The notes under the pieces: generated by a model
The model's input: the letters and a program-made list of their open reading frames with translations, nothing else
What the model was told of the DNA's origin: nothing
The model's database searches: none
Made by a program: the position numbers and the translations under genes
Part shown: positions 33,422 through 42,439 of the stretch, piece by piece
How positions within the stretch are numbered: the stretch's first letter is position 1
Layout of the letters: every line of letters starts with the position of its first letter
Assembly: GCA_965658765.1 (NCBI GenBank)
Contig: CBFHTO010000014.1
Coordinates: 90 to 64,089 of the forward strand
DNA length: 64,000 bases
Origin: Glaciecola sp.
GTDB lineage: Bacteria > Pseudomonadota > Gammaproteobacteria > Enterobacterales > Alteromonadaceae
Direction: 5' to 3'

Positions 33422-34306
33422 TTAGTTAAACACGATGGTCTTATTTTGACAAATAATGACTCTATGTTCTATGTGATATCTAATACCCGCTGCAAGGGCG
33501 TTTATTTCGCATCTTTTGCCTTTTCTTACCATATCTTTGGCGCTATCACTGTGAGAAATTCTCATCACCTCTTGCTCGATAATTGGGCCTTCATCAAGAT
33601 CACTGGTGACATAGTGACAGGTTGCGCCAATTAACTTCACTCCTCTATTGTATGCTTGTTCATAAGGCTTCGCGCCCACAAATGAAGGTAAAAAACTGTG
33701 ATGAATGTTAATGATTTTTCCTGCTCTTTTTTGGCATAAAGTGTCAGGCAAAATTTGCATAAATCGAGCAAGTACCGTTAGGTCTATCTGATGTTCGTCT
33801 AACAAGCGGTCAATCGACTCAAATGCAGCAACTTTGTCTGTGGAAAAATCCACAAAATGAAACGGAACCTCATACCAATCGGCATATTTCTTCATACTCT
33901 CATGGTTGGCGATGATGCAGGATATTTCGCAATCGAGTTCTCCGGTGTGCCATCGATGTAATACATCATTTAGACAATGCGACTCTTTACTTGCAAGTAA
34001 GGCAAGCTTGGTTTTGTTTTCGGAACTATGCAAGCTCCAGTTCATATCAAATTGTTGTGCAACCTTAGCAAAGGCACGTTCAAACTCACTATGGTCGATC
34101 GTAACCGAAGTCGCTTCTATTTCGTGGCGCATAAAAAAGCGTCCTAATTGCGTATCGGTATGATGGCTGGCCTCTAAGATGTTTGCGTTATAAGACGCTA
34201 AAAATTGAGAAACCGCCGCAACCAAGCCTACTTGGTCTGGACAGTCTATTATCAACTTGTATGAAGATGGCAATTTATTGTTCCTTTTACTTTTTGATAG
34301 ACTCAA
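33422..34306 (-). CDS. purU: Formyltetrahydrofolate deformylase
   Basis: ACT domain DCPDQVGLVAAVS; LARFMQIL; INIHHSFLPSFVGAKPY; GATCHYVT..LDEGPII. Confidence 0.96.
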   Translation of the reverse strand: MSLSKSKRNNKLPSSYKLIIDCPDQVGLVAAVSQFLASYNANILEASHHTDTQLGRFFMRHEIEATSVTIDHSEFERAFAKVAQQFDMNWSLHSSENKTKLALLASKESHCLNDVLHRWHTGELDCEISCIIANHESMKKYADWYEVPFHFVDFSTDKVAAFESIDRLLDEHQIDLTVLARFMQILPDTLCQKRAGKIINIHHSFLPSFVGAKPYEQAYNRGVKLIGATCHYVTSDLDEGPIIEQEVMRISHSDSAKDMVRKGKRCEINALAAGIRYHIEHRVIICQNKTIVFN

Positions 34307-34821
34307 GAGCGCCTATCTAATTTACTAAATAGTAACAGCTGTCAGCTTGCAACAAGCGTGTTAACTGGTGAGATTTATTACGCATGAAAATATGCGACTA
34401 AAGTCTCGGTGCCGGGGAACGCAGCTAAATTAACATAAAAGTTAAAAGCGCTTTTGAAATCAATGCTTATTTTCGTCGTGTTTGCAAGTCGCAGCTGCTA
34501 AGTATCGGTCGCTAATACAAGCCATTCGAAGAGATTAGACACTCGTCTCTTAGCGACTTTAACGACCGTGCTTTCTGCCCGTCAGTTTACCTGTTTGCTA
34601 CATCAACAGACAAATAGTTTTATTCAATTCATTTGTGATAGTTTAGATAATTCAATCGTAAACTGACGGCACAAAAAGAATTGATATAAATCATGGTTTT
34701 GGCGAGTTATTGTTTCGGGCTACTAACGTCTCATAGCGTCTCTTTGCTAATACCGTTATAAATATCGTTTAAGCTTTGACAGTTTACAGTCGTTGATTAT
34801 GACAAATATAAGGATAAAGAA

Positions 34822-35544
34822 ATGGGTAGAGTAGCATTGGTAACTGGCGGTACACGTGGTATTGGTGAATCGATTTGTACTACATTAAAAGATAAAGGTT
34901 ACACAGTAGTAGCAAACTATGCTGGGAATGATAAAGCAGCAGAAGAATTTACTGCTCGTACCGGCATCGCTGCAGCAAAATTTGATGTGTCAGATTTTGA
35001 AGCTGTGCAAACTGCGATTGAAAAGATCCAGCAAGACGTTGGTCCTATTGACGTATTAGTAAATAACGCTGGTATCACTCGTGACGGTACAATGCACAGA
35101 ATGTCATTTGAAAAATGGGATGCTGTAATTCAAACCAATCTAGCTTCGTGCTTTAACACTTGTAAAGCGGTTATTGAAGGCATGCGTGAGCGTAACTTTG
35201 GACGTATAATTAACGTCGGCTCTGTAAATGGTCAAGCTGGTCAGTATGGGCAGGTGAACTATGCGGCGGCTAAATCAGGTATTCATGGCTTTACAAAAGC
35301 ATTGGCATTGGAAAATGCTGCGAAAGGCATTACGGTAAACGCGATTGCACCAGGTTATGTAGATACTGACATGGTGAGAGCTGTTCCAGAAGATGTACTA
35401 GTCAAAATTATCAGAACCATTCCTGTTGGCCGCTTAGGCAGACCAGAAGACATCGCTAATAGTGTTGCTTTCTTAGTCGACGATGAATCAAGCTTCATTA
35501 CGGGTTCTACATTGTCAATCAACGGCGGTCAACACATGTATTAA
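34822..35544 (+). CDS. phaB: Acetoacetyl-CoA reductase
   Basis: SDR TGGTRGIG; NNAGITRD; SVNGQAGQYGQVNYAAAK; ends INGGQHMY; neighbours PHA genes. Confidence 0.92.
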   Translation: MGRVALVTGGTRGIGESICTTLKDKGYTVVANYAGNDKAAEEFTARTGIAAAKFDVSDFEAVQTAIEKIQQDVGPIDVLVNNAGITRDGTMHRMSFEKWDAVIQTNLASCFNTCKAVIEGMRERNFGRIINVGSVNGQAGQYGQVNYAAAKSGIHGFTKALALENAAKGITVNAIAPGYVDTDMVRAVPEDVLVKIIRTIPVGRLGRPEDIANSVAFLVDDESSFITGSTLSINGGQHMY

Positions 35545-35582
35545 ACGCTGCCCCCTGGGAGTGTTGAGTTACATCTTAAGAT

Positions 35583-35617
35583 AAAACCTAGCTATTTAAA
35601 GTAGCTAGGTTTTTTTA
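35583..35617. terminator. Terminator between convergent phaB and the lytic transglycosylase gene
   Basis: AAAACCTAGCTA-TTTAAAG-TAGCTAGGTTTTTTT. Confidence 0.85.
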
Positions 35618-35646
35618 TTTTTTTTCTAAAATGTCCTATCCCAAAA

Positions 35647-36888
35647 TTACGAACTTAGGATTGCCGTTATTGTCTCGGGTGAAGGGAAGCCATCTGCAAT
35701 CATGTTATTTTGAGATTGAAATTGTCTAATACCTTCTCTGGTCGCAGGCCCCAATATTCCGTCTGCGCCTCCTACATCAAAGCCAAGCGCGTTTAGCTTT
35801 TGTTGTAGTCTAGCAATTTCAGTGATCTTGAACGGTGGTAAATCAGGAAGTTTATTGTGCAATCCAACGCCACCAGCCACTTGATTAGCTAGTTGCCCAA
35901 CTGCAATAGCATAAAACTCTGAATTGTTCCATCTCATGATAATTTTGAAGTTATCATAGGTAAGAAACGCCGGTCCCTTGTGACCTGACGGTACGCGAAG
36001 CCGTGCTTCTAGTTCACTAAAAGGTAGTGCTGAGTCATCTGCCATCGTTAAGCCAAGCGATTTCCATTGGCTTACTGACCTCTCTTCGCTGTTCGCTAGG
36101 CGATAGTCGAAGCCTTTAGGCAAGGCAACTTCTCTTCCCCATCTTTCACCCGATTTCCAACCTAGCTTCCACAAAAAATTGGCCGCAGATTTGAGAGCAT
36201 CTTTTTCACTGTTCCAAAGGTCAATTTTATTATCACCGTCACCGTCGATGGCATAATTTGTATAGGTGGTTGGCATAAACTGAGTATGGCCCATGGCTCC
36301 CGCCCAAGATCCTTGCATCTGTTCACGGCTCAAGTTTTGACTGTCCATTAGTTTAAGCGCTAAAAATAACTCTTGACTAAAAAATCGTGAACGCCGCTCG
36401 TCGCAAGCGAGGGTTGCAAGTGAGTCCAGAGTAGACATGTTCCCCTTATATCCCCCGTAATTTGTCTCTAGGCCCCAGAAAGCAATTAGATAGTGACCAG
36501 GGATCCCATATTTTTGGGTTAATGTCTTAAGGAACTCCTTGTGCTCAGCGTATTTTTCTTTGCCTTTGTTAATTCTCCAATCGTTTACGCGTTTTGAATA
36601 GTAACTTGGAAAGGTTGATACGAACTCAGGTTGGCTTCTATCAAGCTCTATGACTCGAGGGATAAACTTCATGTTTGCGAACTCTTGCTTGGCGCGCTCG
36701 GCGCTCACACCTTTTGCTATAGCCTCTTTTTGTTTGGTAGCCAAACACTGTTGAAAGTTCTGTTTATTTGACTCGATCAGTGACGAAACGTCGTTTTGCT
36801 CTGCATGTAGATGTTGGATGCCAGAAAACAATAAAAAGCCCAATGTGAAGATCAAAAGCCTTGGGCGGTTAGCGGTGAACATTTTCAA
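35647..36888 (-). CDS. Lytic murein transglycosylase (MltB/SLT_2-like) with C-terminal peptidoglycan-binding domain
   Basis: Signal peptide; WGLETNYG; GSWAGAMGHTQFMP; DGDGD; ADGILGPATREGIRQFQ. Confidence 0.9.
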   Translation of the reverse strand: MKMFTANRPRLLIFTLGFLLFSGIQHLHAEQNDVSSLIESNKQNFQQCLATKQKEAIAKGVSAERAKQEFANMKFIPRVIELDRSQPEFVSTFPSYYSKRVNDWRINKGKEKYAEHKEFLKTLTQKYGIPGHYLIAFWGLETNYGGYKGNMSTLDSLATLACDERRSRFFSQELFLALKLMDSQNLSREQMQGSWAGAMGHTQFMPTTYTNYAIDGDGDNKIDLWNSEKDALKSAANFLWKLGWKSGERWGREVALPKGFDYRLANSEERSVSQWKSLGLTMADDSALPFSELEARLRVPSGHKGPAFLTYDNFKIIMRWNNSEFYAIAVGQLANQVAGGVGLHNKLPDLPPFKITEIARLQQKLNALGFDVGGADGILGPATREGIRQFQSQNNMIADGFPSPETITAILSS

Positions 36889-36979
36889 AATCGCGTCCTT
36901 CGAATTAAGGTCTGTTGAATCGATGATAATAGATTAGTGCATGCTTAATGACAATTAGTTCAGATGAAATCTTCTGAAC

Positions 36980-37009
36980 AAAAAAAGCCCAGCAATTGCT
37001 GGGCTTTTT
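36980..37009 (-). terminator. Terminator downstream of phaZ
   Basis: AAAAAAAGCCCAGC-AATT-GCTGGGCTTTTT. Confidence 0.85.
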
Positions 37010-37031
37010 GAGGTAATTATCGATTTGTTGT

Positions 37032-38255
37032 TTACTCGTACTTATTAATAAATTCAGTCACAATAGGACGAATATTCTTTCGGTACATAGAGCCACTGAA
37101 AATACCGTAGTGACCAGCTCCAGCTTGTATATGGTGTTTACGCATATTCTTTGGAATACTTTTACAAATGTCTTGTGCCGCTTCCGTCTGACCTAGGCCG
37201 CAAATATCATCATTAGCGCCCTCAACTGTTAGTAGAGCTGTATTGTCAATGGCTTCAAAATTCACAGGCTCCCCTTTATAGGTAATTCGGCCTTTGGCTA
37301 GCTCATTGTTTTTAAATACTCGCTCGATTGTTTCTAAATAGAATTCTGCAGGCATGTCTAAAACAGCCATATATTCGTCATAGAAAGCTCTAAAACGGTC
37401 TGCGTCTTCTTGCTCTCCAAACAATAAGTTTTGGAAGAAACCGACATACTTTTTCATATGGCTTTTGTGGTTCATTGAAATAAACCCGCCCAGTTGCATG
37501 AATCCTGGGTATACCTTTCGACCAGTGCCAGGATATCCCATTGGGACTTCCATGATTGCCACGTTTTTAAACCAGCTCATAGGTCTAGTTTGAGCAAATT
37601 CATTTACTCGAGTTGGGTTCTTAGTCGTATCGAGTGGTCCAGCCATTAATGTGAGCGATTTAGGCGTACTTTCGTTTTTTTCTTGCGCCATAACTGCCGT
37701 TGCGATAAGAGCCTGAACGGTGGGCTGACAGATGGCGATTACATGTGTGTCCTTGCCCAGAAATTCCATGAATTTAATAAGATAGGATACATAACAATCA
37801 AAAGAAAATGGACCTGCGTCTAATGGCACTTCGCGCGCATCGGCCCAATCAGTAATGTAAATCTCGTGGCCCGGAAGCAAGGCTTCAACGGTGCCTTTTA
37901 GGAGAGTGGCGTGATGGCCAGATAAAGGAGCAACTAATAAAACTTTGTCTTTGTCGCGATGACCTATTCGGTCAAAATGCATTAGATCACAAAAAGGTAG
38001 AGACATAACCACTTCTTCTCTTACCTTAAAGGTACCAGAGCCGTCAGCAGCTTTTACTTCGTTAATTTCGAAGCCTAGCTTGTCGTATCTTCTGGTCAAT
38101 CTCATGGCGGTCTCGAGGCTTGCGTTTGCAAATCGTCCGGACCAAGTATAGGAAACTGGATTAGATGGGTGAGTCACAATATCGTTAACAATACTGAGCC
38201 CTTCATTCATCATTTGGCCAGTACGTGCTAAGAAATCATAGGTTTGATAATGCAT
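37032..38255 (-). CDS. phaZ: Intracellular PHB depolymerase (PhaZ1-type)
   Basis: VAPLSGHHATLL; YITDWADAR; AICQP (catalytic Cys); YPGFMQL; EGANDDI; GHYGIF. Confidence 0.92.
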   Translation of the reverse strand: MHYQTYDFLARTGQMMNEGLSIVNDIVTHPSNPVSYTWSGRFANASLETAMRLTRRYDKLGFEINEVKAADGSGTFKVREEVVMSLPFCDLMHFDRIGHRDKDKVLLVAPLSGHHATLLKGTVEALLPGHEIYITDWADAREVPLDAGPFSFDCYVSYLIKFMEFLGKDTHVIAICQPTVQALIATAVMAQEKNESTPKSLTLMAGPLDTTKNPTRVNEFAQTRPMSWFKNVAIMEVPMGYPGTGRKVYPGFMQLGGFISMNHKSHMKKYVGFFQNLLFGEQEDADRFRAFYDEYMAVLDMPAEFYLETIERVFKNNELAKGRITYKGEPVNFEAIDNTALLTVEGANDDICGLGQTEAAQDICKSIPKNMRKHHIQAGAGHYGIFSGSMYRKNIRPIVTEFINKYE

Positions 38256-38287
38256 AACTCATTCTCCACTCTTTAAATCTTTAAGAT

Positions 38288-38334
38288 GAAAAAACTTCAA
38301 TCACCCGAATATTTCTTGTTCTGATGATTGAAGT
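38288..38334 (-). terminator. Probable terminator downstream of the small phasin gene
   Basis: 10-bp inverted repeat ACTTCAATCA...TGATTGAAGT with an A-run on the left; loop is long (21 nt). Confidence 0.5.
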
Positions 38335-38391
38335 CCTTTGGATCACACTGCGATCCGTATTGCGATTGTAATGTAAACTTTAAAGTTTATA

Positions 38392-38736
38392 TTACTTAGC
38401 AACAGCTGTTAGTTTAGAACTTACTTCTTCACTAAGCTCTTTTATCATAGCGCCAGCTTTTTGTTGAGCACCTGATACTAAAGTGTAAGTCTCTTTAGCT
38501 GATTCAGTGATAGTTTCTTGTAAAGATTCTAAATATGCTTTTTGAGCTTCAGCAAGACTCATTACGTCTTTTTGCTGGCCAGCTGTTTCAGCGAATGATA
38601 CACCGTTGCTTAAAAGAGTAGAGAAAAGAGCGTTTTGCTTTTCTGCTAGTTCTTGTAAAGTGTTCATGTTTAATGTAGCTAGTTCAGTTACAGGCTTCAT
38701 TGAATCTTTAAGTTGCTCGTTCATTTGTTCAAACAT
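38392..38736 (-). CDS. Phasin (PHA granule protein)
   Basis: 114-aa amphipathic helical protein (MKPVTELATLN..ELAEKQ); located in the PHA cluster. Confidence 0.8.
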   Translation of the reverse strand: MFEQMNEQLKDSMKPVTELATLNMNTLQELAEKQNALFSTLLSNGVSFAETAGQQKDVMSLAEAQKAYLESLQETITESAKETYTLVSGAQQKAGAMIKELSEEVSSKLTAVAK

Positions 38737-38772
38737 AATGTTTCTCCGTTGGGATGTTGGTAATTAAAAAAA

Positions 38773-39465
38773 TTAAGATTTATCAGCTGCTTTTACATCA
38801 GCAGGAGATAATTTTGCGACGCTCTTCTTGGTAGAAGCAGCTTCTGCATTCTGTTCGCTTTCAGTTTTCACTGTTTTCGCCGGAGCTGCTTTTGGAGCAG
38901 CGGCCTTTGGCGCTGAGGCTTTCGGGGCAGCTTTAGGAGCCGCTTTTGTGGCAGCTTTAGGAGCAGCTTTTTTTGCTGGTGCCTTTTTAGCCGCAGGTTT
39001 TGCTTCTGCCTTTACCACAGGTTTAGCTTCGGCTTTTTTTGCAGCAGGTTTTGCTTTTGCAGCCGGCTTGGCCTCTGCTTTTGCTGCTGGTTTAGTTGCT
39101 TTCGCTACTGTTTCTTGTGCGTTTTCAAAAGCCGCTTTTGTTTCTTGGCTGACGCTTTCTAGACTAGTTTTCACTAAATCTGTCATTTCGCCTCTTATGC
39201 CATTCAATCCTGCGTAAGTATTTTTTGATGCACTTGCTAAACGCTCTCTTACAGACTCTGCGTAAACAGATTGTGCGGCTAAAACACCCTTGATTTCGTC
39301 AAGGTCACTTAGGTTTTCAACTAGCTTTACGCTGTCTGTCATAACGCCTGTAAACAAAACGGTTTGCTGCTGTGATACAAGCTCAAGCGTCTTAGCATTC
39401 ATCTCAAAAAGACTGGCGGCTGGCTGTGCCGACTTTTTCATTTGTTCTGAAAATTTGCCAAACAT
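38773..39465 (-). CDS. Phasin with Ala/Lys/Pro-rich histone-H1-like C-terminal tail
   Basis: Phasin-like N-terminal half; tail of KPAAK/AAPK repeats. ATG at 39465 with GAGG RBS (ORF track starts at 39480). Confidence 0.8.
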   Translation of the reverse strand: MFGKFSEQMKKSAQPAASLFEMNAKTLELVSQQQTVLFTGVMTDSVKLVENLSDLDEIKGVLAAQSVYAESVRERLASASKNTYAGLNGIRGEMTDLVKTSLESVSQETKAAFENAQETVAKATKPAAKAEAKPAAKAKPAAKKAEAKPVVKAEAKPAAKKAPAKKAAPKAATKAAPKAAPKASAPKAAAPKAAPAKTVKTESEQNAEAASTKKSVAKLSPADVKAADKS

Positions 39466-39520
39466 GATCGATATCCTCAATAATAAAAATTCAAATGCTT
39501 GTTGCTAATTCTTATGTGCT

Positions 39521-39535
39521 TGCTGCACTGCAACA
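39521..39535. promoter_or_regulatory. Putative PhaR operator 1
   Basis: TGCTGC-ACT-GCAACA upstream of the phasin gene; same format as the site at 39587. Confidence 0.55.
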
Positions 39536-39586
39536 TCTGGTATGTTCAAATAATAGACGCTACAGAGAAAAGATCAAGTGTTTTTT

Positions 39587-39601
39587 TGTTGCGGTGCAAC
39601 A
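39587..39601. promoter_or_regulatory. Putative PhaR operator 2
   Basis: Perfect palindrome TGTTGC-GGT-GCAACA flanked by T-runs, between phaR and the phasin gene. Confidence 0.6.
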
Positions 39602-39653
39602 TTTTTTTTGGTGGGAATTGATATTGAGGCTTAGGTTGTTGAATTTATTGCTT

Positions 39654-40082
39654 TTATTCCTTTTTCCGACCTTTGTCGTAAGACCAAGTCGACATGTTTT
39701 GCTCCATCATCTTGGTAAATATGCCCATTGGAGAGTTGTCGACCATGTTTTTCATCAGACCCTGCACTTTTTCTTGTTGTTCGATGAACTGTACAATGCT
39801 CTGCTCTAAATATTGGCGTACATATACTTCCATGTCTGAATCGTAAAAGCGAATCAACTGTTTTAGTAAAACGTCCGTTAGTAGTGATTCGTGTTCGTTT
39901 GCTTCAGACTCAGTAATAATCTGCAGTAGTACACTCTTGGTGATGTCGTCAGAAGTCTTAGAATCGACAATTTGGAAGTCACTATGATTATTGATCAGTT
40001 CTTTGATATGACTGAGATTCACGTATTTACTATTTACGGTGTCATACAATCTTCGATTCGGGTATTTCTTAATAATGATCAA
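39654..40082 (-). CDS. phaR: PHA synthesis repressor PhaR
   Basis: IIKKYPNRRLYDT..SKYVNL; DSKTSDDITKSVLLQII; LKQLIRFY. Confidence 0.95.
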   Translation of the reverse strand: MIIIKKYPNRRLYDTVNSKYVNLSHIKELINNHSDFQIVDSKTSDDITKSVLLQIITESEANEHESLLTDVLLKQLIRFYDSDMEVYVRQYLEQSIVQFIEQQEKVQGLMKNMVDNSPMGIFTKMMEQNMSTWSYDKGRKKE

Positions 40083-40145
40083 TGAATAGCTTCCTGTAAA
40101 TTCCTCTATGCTTAGATATCCAAAGCATTTACGTTACAAGTATAC

Positions 40146-40174
40146 AAAAAAACGCCTGCATTTGCAGGCGTTTT
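40146..40174 (-). terminator. Terminator downstream of phaC
   Basis: AAAAAAACGCCTGC-ATTT-GCAGGCGTTTT. Confidence 0.85.
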
Positions 40175-40193
40175 ACTTAAGCTATGATATGCC

Positions 40194-41966
40194 TTATTGG
40201 AGGATTTTCTTCACATACTCCCCAGGCGCATCTCCTAGCGCTGGCAGACTATCACTTTGTCCGGGTTGAATCGCTTTGATACGTTTCCCTGACTGAGGCT
40301 TTAACCACGCATGCCAATCTTTCCACCATGAACCCTCTTGTTCGCTTGCGCCTTCCATCCATTCCTCTGGGGTGTCTGGCAATTCATCATTAGTCCAATG
40401 AGGATATTTTCCACCTTTAGTCGGGTTAATAACGCCGGCAATATGACCAGATCCACCTAATACAAATCGTTTTGGACCACTTATCAATTTGGTTCCCTCA
40501 TAGGAGCCTTGCCACAAGACGATGTGGTCAGCGACGGTAGTTAAGAAATAAGTAGGCACATCAATGTTAGCAAAATCAATTGTGACTCCGTCTACTTCGA
40601 CCGTTCCGCCGTCCTTTAACTTGTTTTCCCAATACGTCAAACGTAAATACTGCTTAAAACAAGCTGCTGGTATGTTCGTAGAATCACTATTCCAATACAA
40701 AATATCGAATGGTGCTGGATCTTTACCTTTTAAGTAATTATTTACAAAGAATGACCAAAATAGACTGTTTTCTCGAAGTAAACTGAAACTCATCGCGATA
40801 ATACGACCATCAAATACGCCTTTAATATCAGCGTTATTTTCGATCATGGAAAGCATATCTTCAGAGAAGTAATTCGCGACTTCCCCTGGCTGCGAAAAGT
40901 CTAAAAGTGTTGTCAGTAATGTCAGAGAGTTAACGCTTTCGTCACCTTTAGCTCGTAAATAGGCAACGGTCACTGCGCTTAGCGTGCCACCCACGCAGAA
41001 ACCGGTGAGGTTCACTTTTTCTTTGCCAGTAATCTCTTTTACTACATCGAGAGCAGCAATCGGCCCTTTTCGCATATAGTCAAAAAAGTCGTTATCGGCC
41101 AATTCTGCATCTGGATTGACCCAAGAAATCATAAACACTGAGTAGCCACTGTCGAGTAGACCGCCAACAAGAGATTTTTTCTCTTCTATGTCCATAACAT
41201 AATATTTATTGATGAACGGCGGTGTGACTAATACGGGCGTTTCATGAGCGGTCTTTGTTTTTGGCTCATAATGCAGTAGCTCTATTAATTCGTTTCTGTA
41301 GACAACCTTGCCTGGCGTGGTCGCTAAATTCTCGCCTATTTCAAATGCTTTGCTGTCACTTTGACGCATTTTGAAGGCTTCTAGCGGACTTTGTTCAAGA
41401 TCTTCTAAATAGGCTTGCATACCTTTCAGTAGACTCTGACCTTGAGTTTTTAGAATTTCTTCACACACTTCTGGATTGGTTAAAACAAAATTTGTAGGTG
41501 ACAGTGAATTAACGTACTGGCGAGTATAAAACTTTGCTTGCTCTGCATCTTTAGCATTTGAAAATTCTATAGATTCAACGATATTAGTCATCATATCTAC
41601 ATTGATCAGATAGCTTTCTTTTATATAGTTGAAGACTGGATTGTCATCCCAGTCTTGATGACTAAAACGTCGGTCTTTTTTGGCTTTATTTGTTTGTTCG
41701 ACTTCTTCTCCAAGCATAGCTTTAGATGCGCGCTGCCATAAATCTGCTTGTTTTTGCATATATTCAACTTGTTGGTTGAATAATTTACTGGCGTCGATTT
41801 TTGTATCGCCTGACAATAAAGACTGCAATTTTTGAAGATCACCTAAAAAAGGACTGCTCTGCTGGTCACCAACGCTTGCTCGTTTGACGATATCATCCGC
41901 CACCGTGTTAAAGATTTTGGCATATTGCTCTATATAGCCCAACACCTGTTTCTCATCACTGCCCAT
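40194..41966 (-). CDS. phaC: Class I PHA synthase
   Basis: SPTNF; TPGKVVYRN; PPFINKYY; lipase-box variant GFCVGG; ILYWNSD; ADHI; SGHIAG. Confidence 0.96.
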   Translation of the reverse strand: MGSDEKQVLGYIEQYAKIFNTVADDIVKRASVGDQQSSPFLGDLQKLQSLLSGDTKIDASKLFNQQVEYMQKQADLWQRASKAMLGEEVEQTNKAKKDRRFSHQDWDDNPVFNYIKESYLINVDMMTNIVESIEFSNAKDAEQAKFYTRQYVNSLSPTNFVLTNPEVCEEILKTQGQSLLKGMQAYLEDLEQSPLEAFKMRQSDSKAFEIGENLATTPGKVVYRNELIELLHYEPKTKTAHETPVLVTPPFINKYYVMDIEEKKSLVGGLLDSGYSVFMISWVNPDAELADNDFFDYMRKGPIAALDVVKEITGKEKVNLTGFCVGGTLSAVTVAYLRAKGDESVNSLTLLTTLLDFSQPGEVANYFSEDMLSMIENNADIKGVFDGRIIAMSFSLLRENSLFWSFFVNNYLKGKDPAPFDILYWNSDSTNIPAACFKQYLRLTYWENKLKDGGTVEVDGVTIDFANIDVPTYFLTTVADHIVLWQGSYEGTKLISGPKRFVLGGSGHIAGVINPTKGGKYPHWTNDELPDTPEEWMEGASEQEGSWWKDWHAWLKPQSGKRIKAIQPGQSDSLPALGDAPGEYVKKILQ

Positions 41967-41994
41967 TTTATTATCCTTTGTTAAACTTGTTTGC

Positions 41995-42258
41995 TCAGCT
42001 GTTCTTGGAGTCTGTTTTTTCGCTTGTCACGTTTCCTGTTTTTAGGAAGCTACTCATCATCTTTTGATACGCATTAAAGCCACTCATACCTGATTCCATC
42101 GATGGTTTAATGAATGTTTCGAAGGCGGTTTGTGGATCTTGCTCGCATTTTTTTAATAAGTCATTTGTAATTGAAGCATGTAAATCGCTAAAATCAGGTA
42201 GACCGAAAATTTCTCGGGCTTCAGAAGGGGAAAGTTCGAGTTCAATTTTCACTTTCAT
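41995..42258 (-). CDS. Small hypothetical protein, DUF6489-like
   Basis: MKVKIELELSPSEAREIFGLPD resembles the DUF6489 N-terminal motif (from memory); stop lies 28 nt before the phaC ATG. Confidence 0.65.
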   Translation of the reverse strand: MKVKIELELSPSEAREIFGLPDFSDLHASITNDLLKKCEQDPQTAFETFIKPSMESGMSGFNAYQKMMSSFLKTGNVTSEKTDSKNS

Positions 42259-42439
42259 TTACATAGGCCTTATGTAATTTTAAGTTGAACTACAAGCCTA
42301 ATCGCGAGCCCAAACCTTGTCCAGTCTCATAGACTAATGTAGCACCGAATGAAAAACTGTCCTTTATTGGGACTGAAATCGTGATAAGAAATCATCTTTT
42401 GTTGGCTGATGAAAGACATGCAATATGGACTATAAATAA

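Noticed and set aside
38828-39217. 129-aa Ala/Phe/Gly-rich ORF on the plus strand
   Set aside because: Antisense shadow of the AKP-repeat tail of the phasin gene.
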